Below are positions 27,676 through 39,200 of a DNA stretch of 61,063 nt, in pieces (the first letter of the stretch is position 1; each line of letters begins with the position of its first letter). Under the pieces are notes generated by a model. It worked only from the letters and a program-made list of their open reading frames with translations. It did not search any database and was not told the origin of the DNA. The translations under genes were made by a program, and so were the position numbers. Location of the stretch: the NCBI GenBank assembly GCA_937907645.1, contig CALCWV010000075.1, positions 1 to 61,063 of the forward strand, written 5' to 3'. Origin of the DNA: an uncultured Clostridia bacterium (GTDB taxonomy: Bacteria; Bacillota; Clostridia; Christensenellales; UBA1242).

Positions 27676-28065
27676 TTAAGTAAAAATTGCCTTTAAAATT
27701 AGGCCAAAAACAAAACTTATCACAGCTAAAAAAATTGTGCGAAGAATAAGCATCCCAAAATTACGTTTTTGATTTTTCAAATCAAGCTCAAATGACTGCC
27801 CTTTCTTGCGAAGTGTCACGCAATACATATAATCATTCTTCGTTTCGGAAACAACAAAGTCGATATAGTTTTCCTTGGACAAGTTTGTCATTATTTCATC
27901 AATCTCGGAGACCGACAAAACAAAGTTTTTTGAAAGGTTGCTGGCAATTTGGTGCGGAGAAATAAGATATGTCCTCTTCTGCGAACATACCCTGCAAAGA
28001 TATAATAACACCAATTTCTCCTTTCGACTCAAAGCAGACCTCTTTATGTTTATTGACTTTATCAC
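27676..28065 (-). CDS. Membrane-anchored winged-helix-like protein (paralog A)
   Basis: 129 aa. The N-terminal 80 aa have a wHTH-like pattern (LVLLYLCRVC...ISPHQIASNL...EIDEIMTNLSKENYIDF...YCVTL). The C-terminal TM helix is LILRTIFLAVISFVFGLILKAIF. It aligns by eye with the ORF at 28651..29007. Confidence 0.5.
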   Translation of the reverse strand: MIKSINIKRSALSRKEKLVLLYLCRVCSQKRTYLISPHQIASNLSKNFVLSVSEIDEIMTNLSKENYIDFVVSETKNDYMYCVTLRKKGQSFELDLKNQKRNFGMLILRTIFLAVISFVFGLILKAIFT

Positions 28066-28133
28066 ATATAACTAAACATAGAGGTCACTCAGGCAACAAA
28101 AAAGACTGAAAATTTCAGTCTTTAATTTTTATA

Positions 28134-28547
28134 CTATCTTTGCCACCATTCTAATTCATATTTTTCCTCAATCTCGCTACGATATCTTTCTTCTTCGCTT
28201 GGTTCTTGAGATTCTTTCTTAACTTCAACAGCTTCTTTGTTTTCCTCTTTTTGAGGTTCTTCTTTCTTTTCTTCGACCGTGTTCTGTTCTTCTGTATCGA
28301 ATGGCAGTTCATCGTATGGAACTTCAGTCATCCCTTCAGCGATTAATCTTTTAAAAAGGTCAGTGTCCTCAATTGATTTTCCCTCTAGAGCAGATTCTAT
28401 CTCGTCAAGCTCCCTATTCTGTCTATCAATTTCTTCCTGTGTACTTGCCTTTGGCATATTGTTTACATAAATCTCGAAAGTCTTTGGTTTTACAAGATGT
28501 TCAAACCCCTCAAGTACTGGTTGTTCAACTTTAACTTTTTCTGCCAT
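28134..28547 (-). CDS. Highly acidic hypothetical protein
   Basis: 137 aa, very Glu/Asp-rich, ending EKYELEWWQR. An RBS AGGAGGG lies upstream. I recognised no family. Confidence 0.55.
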   Translation of the reverse strand: MAEKVKVEQPVLEGFEHLVKPKTFEIYVNNMPKASTQEEIDRQNRELDEIESALEGKSIEDTDLFKRLIAEGMTEVPYDELPFDTEEQNTVEEKKEEPQKEENKEAVEVKKESQEPSEEERYRSEIEEKYELEWWQR

Positions 28548-28650
28548 TTTTCCCTCCTGTATATAACCCTATTATACCTATAAATCACTAAAAAATCAAT
28601 ACTTTTGTCGAAAAAAGATTAAAATAAATTTTAATGCTAAAAATATAGTT

Positions 28651-29007
28651 ATGTTAGACACAAAAAGTACATTGATACTTAAAATTTTGCAGAAAGAATG
28701 CAAGAATGGGAGCTATAAAATTCTGGATAAGAACGATATTATCTCCGCACTTCCGGCAAGATATCGATGCGACACGGACGAGCTGGACCATATAATATCC
28801 TATCTCGAACGCCAGGACTATGTTTCTGTGAAATATGACGACGACAATATCTATTGCTTGTGCATTCTGCCAGCTATCAATGAAATTACAACCCCAAAAA
28901 AGAAGAAAAAAGAGAAGAAATTCCTTCTTCCCTTAGTTGTTTTTATTCTCGCATTCATAGGCGCTTTCGGTGGAGCGTTGATAGCAAGGCTAATTAAAAT
29001 CCCTTAA
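28651..29007 (+). CDS. Membrane-anchored winged-helix-like protein (paralog B)
   Basis: 118 aa with the pattern LILKILQKEC...ILDKNDIISAL...ELDHIISYLERQDYVSV...YCLCIL, a poly-Lys linker and C-terminal TM helix LLPLVVFILAFIGAFGGALIARLI. Confidence 0.5.
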   Translation: MLDTKSTLILKILQKECKNGSYKILDKNDIISALPARYRCDTDELDHIISYLERQDYVSVKYDDDNIYCLCILPAINEITTPKKKKKEKKFLLPLVVFILAFIGAFGGALIARLIKIP

Positions 29008-29760
29008 TCTGCCCTTGCTTTTTACACTGTAAATTCCGTCAGTGCCGATTACAAAGTGATCGATAAATTTAATTCCAAGACAAACAAGAAGTTTCTCAAG
29101 TCTGTCCGTTGCCTCAATATCTTGAGTAGATGCGGTAGACTTGCCACCAGGATGATTATGTGCGAAAATTACTGCTGCGGGATTGCATGATGAAACAAAG
29201 TTTGTAATGGCTGTTGGTGTTATCCCAACATTCTTAACGCTACCAATGGCAACGACTTTCTTTTGTATCAGTCTATAGCTTGGGTCAAGACCAATAATAA
29301 TGAATTTCTCTTTAGGTTCAAATCTAAGTAGCTCTTCAAAGTAGTCCGTTATTTGAGCAAGACTGGAAAGAACAACTTTCTCAGATAACTTGTTCGATGT
29401 GTAGTAGAAGAATAGATCACCGAGTAGCTTCAAACTCTTTGCAGAACGCTCACCCATTCCTCTGATTTCTTTGAGTGAATTTATGTCAGCATCAAGAACA
29501 TTGGCAACTGTCCCAAATTCATGAAGCAGACGATGTGCGAGCGGATTAACATCCCCTCTTGGAAATATGTAGAAAAGGATAAATTCCATTGCTTGGACGT
29601 CGCTAACATTTTCTATTCCAACATTGTATAAGGTTTCAAGGAGTCTCGCTCTGTGACCATTATGCATATGCTCTTCATCAAAAGGTTTCTTGTTTTTCTC
29701 TATAACAATATCACTATCTCTGTTAATTTTTAGCTTTTTACTGACAGAAATTTCCGTCAT
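28990..29760 (-). CDS. radC: RadC-family JAB/MPN domain protein
   Basis: 256 aa with JAB motif FAHNHPGGKSTASTQD and an N-terminal HhH-like region (LKEIRGMGERSAKSL). Its 3' end overlaps the convergent ORF 28651..29007 by 18 nt. Confidence 0.85.
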   Translation of the reverse strand: MTEISVSKKLKINRDSDIVIEKNKKPFDEEHMHNGHRARLLETLYNVGIENVSDVQAMEFILFYIFPRGDVNPLAHRLLHEFGTVANVLDADINSLKEIRGMGERSAKSLKLLGDLFFYYTSNKLSEKVVLSSLAQITDYFEELLRFEPKEKFIIIGLDPSYRLIQKKVVAIGSVKNVGITPTAITNFVSSCNPAAVIFAHNHPGGKSTASTQDIEATDRLEKLLVCLGIKFIDHFVIGTDGIYSVKSKGRLRDFN

Positions 29761-29794
29761 AATTTTCTCCTATTCTTTAAAATTTTCTAATGAA

Positions 29795-29823
29795 ATTTTA
29801 TCACAAAATCCCCCTCTAATCAA
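29795..29823 (-). promoter_or_regulatory. Extended -10 promoter of radC
   Basis: On the minus strand: TTGATT (29823-29818), a 17-nt spacer, then TGA-TAAAAT (29803-29795). The predicted +1 is near 29788. The leader carries AGGAG before ATG 29760. Confidence 0.5.
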
Positions 29824-29959
29824 ATAAAATACGGCATTTTCCAGCATTTTTTCAAAAAAAATTTTAAATTCGCATCCCATTCCCTCAATTCTCCACTCTC
29901 TTAGCCCCTAAATCTCGCAAAAATCACATAAAAATCATCAAAATTAATAAAAACAGAAA

Positions 29960-30157
29960 AAAATAAAAAGGTTAAAAAATTTAAAATCTCCATGAAAAGA
30001 TATTAAAAAGAACTATTAAGGAGAACAATAAAAAGCAGCAATAGAATTAGTATTAAAAAGTAGTTTAGAAAAAGTGTAAAAAAGTAGAATTAAAAAGAAG
30101 TTAAAAAGTATTTAAGAAGAAGTTAAAAAAAAGAAGTTAAAAAGAAGGATTTAAAAA
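29960..30157. repeat. Array of about 12 degenerate TTAAAAAG / GAAGTTAAAAAG A-tract repeats
   Basis: AAAAAG-type tracts occur near 29965, 30005, 30030, 30055, 30069, 30079, 30092, 30103, 30124, 30138 and 30152. The 3' two-thirds are spaced about 10-14 bp apart. The array is non-coding and lies between the giant-gene terminator and the radC promoter. Confidence 0.6.
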
Positions 30158-30184
30158 GAACACGACTCCCGTCGTGTTCTTTTT
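30153..30184 (-). terminator. Strong bidirectional terminator after the 19.4-kb gene
   Basis: AGAACACGAC (30157-30166) / GTCGTGTTCT (30171-30180) with tetraloop TCCC, flanked by A5 and T5 runs. Confidence 0.8.
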
Positions 30185-30269
30185 GCTAGAAAAATTGCTT
30201 TATTTCTAAAATACAGCTAATTAGTAAAAAGTGAACATAGTAATTTTGTTAACATCAAATTGCTATATT

Positions 30270-33200
30270 TTAAATATTATCGCCTCCAACTGATGCATTA
30301 ATTTTGCTTACATCGTTTACCTTTCTAAAATATGTAGCTTCAATTGTATATGTATGCACACTAAAGTCATTATACAAATAAATATTATAAAAATTAACGA
30401 TTCCATCTCTATCTAGTTGGTTACTACTATTATACAAAAATGCATTATACGCAACTCTTGAAGGCAGACAATAAAAGGTGTTTGCAGCTATTCTTCCATT
30501 TCTTCCAAAAATGTAAGTTTCATGACTTCTTCCACGTATATAAGTTCGATTATCGTTGATAAGAGCTGGATCCCAATACAGCTTTAATGATTTATCCGCA
30601 TATTCTTTAGTTTCATCATTTTGAGAATTATAATCAAATGTAGAAACTTTAACAGAAATTTCTTCAACGCCGATGACCTCTACTCCTTTATATTCATCCA
30701 CCCCAAATTTAAAATTGCTTCCACTGAGGTCTACTCCACCATGCCCATTATTTCCATTCCATCCGTTTCTTCCTGATTTTAGGGTTACTATAGCTCCAGA
30801 TGATGATTTTGCACTGACTTCACCTGGTGCTCCTTTTAATCCTCCTGCTTGTCCTTTACCGCCACATTTAGGTTGGTCTGAACTTGTATGATCCTTGCCA
30901 AGTTCTCCATCCATTCCATGACCACCATTCCCTTCAAGGCCGGCTTTTAAAACGCCTTTGTTTTCTAACTCGGCGTTACCTATACTTTGACCGTTTCTGC
31001 CATTGTTAGTCTCTCCAGATTCACCATCTTCTCCATCTTTGCCATCAAAACCAACAATTAATCCGTAGTTCACGCTAATTCCATCAAACTTGATCAGATT
31101 GTTAATTTGAGTCCCATCATAATCATCTTTGAATCGACTGTAATTTACGAAGCTTGATGCTCCAGACCCTGTATTGCCAAACAAGTAAACATCCCTTGTT
31201 ATATCGTTTAATGATGTTATTGAACCAAAAGTTTTTGCTCCTGAAATTTTAGTAGCGCCCATATTAATTAGGGATAAATCACTAGTACCATCATTAACCA
31301 CTGCTCCAGCGAAATTTAAATCGTTTATCTCGCCTTCACTTGTATCAATTCCGTTAATTAAGTAGTTTTCATTAGTTGCAAAATTTAGGAAATATTTATT
31401 CCCAATAATCTTACTCTTTATGATTGACTTAACATTATCATTAATATTAATATCTGATTTAAAAATTATTATTTCATAAGAATTAGAAGTATTCTGATAT
31501 GAAGCCTTTCCACTTATATTAGACATATAAGGAGATTCTCCTGTGTTTTCACTGAAATATTCATTATGTGTCTTATATTTAAAAGTTATCTCAACTTCTT
31601 GATCTTCATCGCTATTTGGAATTAATGATAATTTTTTCCCGTCTTCTGAAAATTCATAAGATGTTTCTGGTCGTGTCTGTACTTCCTTTATATAGTCACC
31701 ATATGGTACATCCACTTCACTTTCTACATATGAAATTGTAAAATCGCTTGATTTTGACAAATTGTCTACTTTTACTTCAATTGAATAATTATTTACAGAA
31801 TATTTTTCAAATGATACTTCAAATTTAATGGTAGAAAGTGTTAATTTATATTGTTTCATTCCATCTTGATTAACTTCTTCAATTAGATAGTAATAAGGGA
31901 TAGATTTAATTAAAACAGTATTTGCATTATTATTATCAAATTTTACATTAGAATTTGTGCCAACTTTGGCTAATTTTCCGTCAATATAAGTAAACTCGTA
32001 TTTAACTTCATCAATTTCAACAGCTAAAGGATCTTCTTTAGTACCCGCAGCCGCTTCCTTAGAAGAAATGCTAATTTTTTCTGTTTTGAGTTTACTATTA
32101 ACATTTTCGTTGACTGAACCACAAACATACTTATCATTACCAATCGTAATAACAACTCTGTTAGATGTATACTTATCTCCATCTTCTTCAATTTCATATG
32201 CTTCAGTGTTAGAATTAATTATTTCTCCTGTTGATTGATTAATTAAAATATACTTATCGCCATTTATAAAGTACGCATAATCTTGATTTGAAATAGTAAT
32301 TTTGCCATTGCTACCTTTAATTTCATTATTGTCATTATCTATTAAAACTAAATTACTTTGCGATACATTTGCTGTAAAGCTTGTTCTCTCATTAATCATT
32401 TCAGGATCAACTGAAAGATAGTATGTATAGTTAGCTGTTTCAGTATATAATTTATACGACCTTGTTGTGAATTTTAATTGCACGTTAGTGACAGGATTTG
32501 AGTATGAGAAGCTATAGTCTAAAGTATATGATGTATTATTTGAGTTGTCAAAATATGTCTTCTTGTTTCCATAATTGTCAGAAATTTCATAGACTGCAAT
32601 TGAATCTTTTGCTTTTGTGAACGTGTATGAATTTTCAATTTTTGTCAATGTCCTATTAATTGAAGATTCATAATGCCATGTCTGATAGGAAAAACCACCA
32701 ATTGATATATTTTCATCATAAATACATTGATCCACTTGAGTTCCTGTATAAGTCGCACCTTTTTCGGTTGTTATTGTTGTTTTAAATGTTGGATATTTAA
32801 AATTTCCTTCTCCATCTCCGAGTTTACCATAATTGTCATCTCTTTGGAATTTAACATAAACTGGGATACTCGATCTGAGCCAAGCCCCTACAAGAGTATC
32901 ATAACTAATTTTAAATACAACTTGCCCATCACAGTCCTTTAATATGAAAGTGCCTTCACCTGTTGATACAAATTTTTTATTTATATAACACGTTATATCC
33001 ATTTCATATTTTGTGTCACCATTTTCAATAATTCCTGTTATTGTTAAACTTCCGTCAAGATTTTTTTGATAGGTCTTTTGAGTCCAGAGCTCTGAATTAG
33101 GAAGGTCTATTGATTCAATTTTATTATTCTCATCTCCATATGTTCCCGTCTCATATAAATACTTATTTATCAAACTATCATTGAAATTTCCATTTGAGTA

Positions 33201-36200
33201 AGCTATATATTTATTATTCACGTTAGACAATGTTTTATACTGTCCACCCGTAGTAAATGATGTCTTTTCAAACTCAGATTTTGTATTTTCTATTTCAGCA
33301 TAATCGCTCTTTGACGAAAGAGTATAATTATCTTCAAATGATAAAGATTTTTCAATACCTGATCCATAGTAAGAAATATTATAGGTATCGCTAATCTCTT
33401 TCGCTGTTACGTTTTTACCTAATTCCCCTTCTTTTATTGCTCCAATAACATGTAGTATCCCATCTTCATATTTGCTATCAAAAGATTTCTTTACATCTGG
33501 GTTTAGTTTTTCGGTAAAAGTAACTAAGTAACTACCATTCTCATATAATTGCGATCTTTGCAGTTCACTCAGATATAACTTAATATTTTCTCCATCTACA
33601 ACAATATTTGTTGCACTTAAATTAATAGTTACGCTTTCATCAGCTTTTACAAATGTTAGATTATAGATTATATTAACATTAACGTCTTGTGAGTCTTCTT
33701 TTTTATTTAAAAGGCCTATTCTTAGGTAGTATTTATTTTCCTTTTTTACAATTTTGTTATCAATAATTTCATAATCTTGCGAATTCTTATTTTCAATAGA
33801 GATCGTTGGCGTATAATTTGCCTCCTCTATAGCCTTCTTAATATCGTTTTGATAACTTTCATCAATTTCAATATCTACTACTTTATATTGGTTATTAATA
33901 GTTTTTTCCAGACCTTTTGAATCCTTAATAATTGCAGTAAATTTTCCTCCAACACTAGTTTCCTTTAAATCCTCTGTTTTATCTACATTTAACTTTAATA
34001 ACTTCTCACATTCTTCTTTAGTGAGTGTCCCCTCGTTTGTTATCTTACTCTTTTCATAATAAGATTCTGTACCTTTTAAGTAACGAGTTTCTGAAATAAT
34101 CGTCTGATTAGATACCATTATATTGGCATCTTTTGAAACCCCTGTGTTGAATACGTGAGTTGTATCTACTTGCCCATAGGTAATCGTTCTATTACCAGTT
34201 ACACAGAATGAAGAAGGATAACCTAGTTCATCATATCCAGTAATATTCACATCAGATGCATTAAACGAAATCGACATACCTTTATAATCTTTTAATTTAG
34301 TCCCGGATCCCCAATCATAGAAATAAGTAGTTCCTTTTTCTAATATTTCGTAAATTCCATTTCTTAATACCAATCCATCGCTTTTGTATGATGAACATCT
34401 GTTATAGTTATTTGCAATTATTCCTCCTGCATAAACGTTTATTTTAGCATCGATGATCTTTATCGTAACATCTCCAGACAATTTATTTTTATCAACCTGA
34501 CCTCGAACTTTCTCAATTTGCTCCTCTTCTATATTCTTTCCCAAAGCTTCAATTACGCCAGCATTGTAGAGGTTAGAGAATGTTCCGTCGTCTGCTTTTC
34601 CGACAATTCCTCCAGCATAGGATTCCTTTGTGCTTTTTTTGTTACCAGCTTTAATCATTGCGGTGTTGTAACAATTCTTTACACTTCCACTCGCAACATA
34701 TCCTACAATTCCGCCGGCAACATATCCGCCGTCTTTATCAGTATCTATAACATATCCCGCGATAACCGAGTTAGTGTTCCCGCAGTATGAAATATTTATA
34801 CCAGCTGCCTTTCCAATAATACCACCAGTGTAACAGTCTCTAATACCATCATAATAGGTACTATCATTTTGAATCGGTGCATAGTTTATACAGTTAGATA
34901 GAGTTAAAGCTCCGTTTGCATTCCCAATGATTCCACCAACTCTAGATTTAAGTGCTTCAGATTTAACCTTTACATAATTTTTACAGTATTCAATAGAGGA
35001 ATTACCTCTTGAGTAACCAACTATTCCTCCCACATCGTGAGCACCACCATTTTGGTTCGAAGGTATGTTGATAAATCCACTAGCAACAACATTGTAAATT
35101 TTGCTGTCGCTAGATGTTAGTTTCTCTGCAAGTGATCCAATGTTGACCCCATCAGAGCTTGTATTGATGTTTACATTCATCAAACGTAAGTTTCGAACTG
35201 AACCTGAAAGAGTTGTAAACAAAGGTTTATTAGTTGTTGAGTTAGCATCATCACTAAGCTCGTAATCAATTGTGTATTCTTGGCCATCCAGTGTGCCTGA
35301 GAAACTGCCAAGTTCAATACCTTGCAAATTAGCTTTCTCAAGCTCTAAGTCGTTTGTGAGAACATATCTTCCGTTAGTCAATTTAGATATCTGTGCTAGT
35401 TTTCCTGCATTTGGAACGATCATGAAGTCATTGTCACCATAAGTAAATTCATCCCAAGATTTTGGAGTGTAAGTATACTTTGTTTGAGCATATCTGTCAG
35501 CGCCTGCTGTCTCAGTCTTCGTTGCGTATGATGATTGCTTCAAGAATCCAAAGTTTCGAGTTTGATATCCAAAATTATAGTCTTCTGATGCAGTCCAACC
35601 AGTGCCAGGTGTTGAGCTTTGAACCCCTGCAAAATCGACGGTAACAGCACTTGTTGTTTTTTCTGTTACTCCGGTCTCTGTTTTACTATACTCCGTTGCA
35701 TTAACGTCGTACCAGCAGTTAGTGTATGCCGCCGTGCCGAAGTTGAATGCAGCTGGTTCTGTTTGACCATTTACATAATCATGCCAGTCAATCTGTGAAA
35801 TTGTATAACAATTTGAAACGTTTACATTTCCATTGCTTGATCCATCAATGAATCCATATGTTGTGGCATTGATATATGTTGATACTCTGCCAGTTGAATA
35901 TGAATTTCTAATTGTGATTGGCTCGCCATTATGGTCTGAAAGTGTTGCAAAACCAGCTACTTCTCCGCCTCCTGCTGAGGTGTTTGTTTTATCGTTTCCG
36001 CTCTCATCTTTTCCAACTCCTGCACGATAAAGGACGTTCGCTCCTGCCACTGACTCGTCGATAAGTCCGCTCTTGAGATTTCCTACGATTGGGGCAAGGT
36101 TGATTGCACCGGTTCCTCCAACAGAGATGTTTCCATAAACCGCAACGGCATATAGCGTTCCACCTGTCATCACATTCAAAAGTCCACCGTTTACGCCACT

Positions 36201-39200
36201 ATCTGTCTCGATGTTTGCTGTCAATCTGATTGATGAAATAAATTCGTTTTGAGCTAACTCATGAGCGATGTAAGTTGTGGTTGCAGCTGATTGCTCTGTT
36301 CCAAAAGCAACAGTTCTTGCATCTCCGACAATCGCGAGCTTGCAATCATTTTTAGGACTAACCTGAATTTGATTTGCACTTGTCAAATCCTCTTTTAATA
36401 CGTAATATGTAACACCGTTTAAAGTTGATTTTTCTAATGTTGAATTATTATCAACTTCAACTGTGGTTGAATTATAATCTGCACCAGTCGTGTCAGCACC
36501 AGTAGATCCAATTGTAATTGGGTTAAGCTTATGACCCTTGTTGAATGTTATTCCTAGATTAAGGCCACTACCATCATTGATTTTATCTGTGATTAGAGAA
36601 ATTAGTGAGTGATTATTAATCAATTCGCTTATATTAACTCCATCAATTTCGTAATCTCCCTCGTATTTTGATCCATAGCCACGATATGTGCCACTTGGAG
36701 CATAAGTATTGTTGTATCCAACATCAGTTCCAATCATCACGTCATTATTATCGTTATCCTTGTAGCTTTTGTCGTCAGTTGTAAGTGTAACTGCATGTGA
36801 ATAAAGATTTGATGCATCCCAAGTAGTTGTGCCTTCTCCCAAAGCTCCTAAGATTGCATGTCTTCTATCATTTGCTTCAGTTTCTGCAATTCTATCATTT
36901 GCTTCAGTTTTCGCAATTCTATCATTGTTACATGTTGTAAGTGATAGGTTGCCTTGAATTGATAAGTTTTTGCTATATCCAACAATTCCGCCAAATGTAA
37001 AGGTTGAAAGTTTTTGGGCATTTCCGCTATAAGTGATGATGTAATCACCATAAGATGCGTTGTTTGTGACGTTAATTGTTGATGAACCTTCGTCTTTACC
37101 AACAATTCCTCCAAAGGTGTGTGTGCCGCTAGTTAAATTTGCTCCATAAACTTTGAATGCACCGCCAAAGACTGAATTTGTGATTCCTTCTCCTCTTGCG
37201 CTTGAAATATGTCCAACAATCCCGCCGGCTGTGAGATTCTCTGCGTTTACAAAGAAGTTTGCATCTACAAATGCATTTGAAATGCCGATTGTAGCAGATG
37301 TTGCAGCTTCTCCGACAACTCCACCAACGTAGTCGCTACTTGCGGAACTTGTCAATGCTAACATTCCTCTGTTTTGGAAATTTGTAACTGATACATTTCC
37401 ACCTTCGGTTGTTCCAATAAGTCCACCAAAATATGTGTTGTCTGTTGCTGAGAGGGCGATCTTTGAGTTTCCTGTGAACTCTGCACCACCAACTGTTACG
37501 CTTGCACTATTTTGTCCGATTAATCCACCAGCGTAGATTGTTCCAGCTGATAATGGAGCAATCTCATTTTCTGTATATGAGTTCTTAATCGAATCCTTTG
37601 TCAAGTTGATTGGGTTGGCTGTTTTACCAACTGTAAAATTGTCGATAGTTAAGTTATTTCCAATATTGACAGCTCCCGTAGCCGATCCCGTAGCCGATCC
37701 AGCTAAAGCACCAATATGAGCAAACTTAATTGTTGCATCTGAAACAATATTTCCAGAAATTGTGAGATCTGAAGAATTAGCGATTTCTTCACATGCTGTA
37801 GCAGTTAATGATCCAAATACGCTTCCTGCGTATAAATCCTTAATTTGTCCTTTCAGTGTAACGTTTCCGTTTATTCCTTTAATTGAATCAGAAGTCATTT
37901 CAAGTTTATCTGTAGATAAAGAGCCTACTAAACCTGCTACGCGTGCGTCTTCGTTATTAGACATATTAAGCGCAATGTTAGACTCTATAGTGTATTTGTC
38001 ATCTGCGTTTGATGACTCTGTATTCAATTTAAACTGTCCTGCTAGGTTAATATCTCCACCTAATGCGCCCGCAAAAGTTGATTTATTTGCTGAAATATTT
38101 TCATTGTGGCTAATTGTTCCCTTTTCAATAGTTAAATTCTTTGCAAAAACCTTTCCGAACATTCCTCCTGTGTAGACGTTACCTGACGATAATATTTCGA
38201 TAGGATTGTTATCTGTGTCTTTATAAATATTTGAGTTAAATGATGCAAGAGTGATCGTAATATTTAGATTTGAATTTTCATCTGCTTCGTACTGTTTTTC
38301 AGTTGCATTTGAGCCATTTCCTTGACTAGCTTTTACAACTGTATGTTGGATATTTCCTATTCCACCTGAGATGAAAGTTTTTTCGCCTGAGCTGATTAGT
38401 CCAAAATTATATCTATCGTTGTTATTTAGATGTCCTAATGAAGAATTAATATTCTCTGCTTCAAAGTTAAATTCACTAGAGACATTGGCGTTTCCGATTA
38501 AGCCTGCAATATATATTTCTTCAGCAGTAATGTGTCCATCCTTTGAATTAGCGCTTGCAACAGCGAAAGACAAATCGCCCAATACCTCAATATTAAATCT
38601 GTTAATTGCCTCATCAGGTGTACCTAGCTCACCAACTAATCCACCAAAAGCAACTTTATTGGAATTTTTACTATCATTGTTTATAGCATTATATCTAATA
38701 GAAGTTGAGATTCCTGCTCTTGTACCACTAATTGTGTTAGCTGTTAATGATCCAAACATTCCACCTAAATAAATAGTTGTATCGACTGTTTCTTTTTGAG
38801 GAGTAATAATATCTAAGTTTAGTGGGTGGTCTTCCTTTTCTTCTTTCTTTAGAACTAAGGTCTGAATATCGGCTTTCCCAACATATCCTCCTAGATATAG
38901 TTTTGATCCCTTAGTAACAATATTAAATTCAATACTTGTTGCATTAGTCCCATCGTTGTCGCTCCAAATATCCTTCGTAGTAAGATTAACTGAAGCAGGT
39001 GTAACCTGTGTTGCATTCGTGTCACCAATTTCACCTGCATAAATGCCGGCAAATATTTCATTAGGCGATACTGTATAGCCGTCACTAGCTCCAGACAACG
39101 AAATAGTTGTTTTCCCTTGTGCATGGACATCAATTTCAGTAATTTCCATTGTTCTGTATTGATTAGCTTGCAAAATTGATCCAGCGAGAAGGCCAAATTT

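Noticed and set aside
29960-30157. CRISPR array or coding low-complexity region for the TTAAAAAG repeats
   Set aside because: The repeat units are only about 8-12 nt, degenerate and irregularly spaced, with no 25-40-nt repeat/spacer organisation. There are no cas genes and no ORF in any frame.
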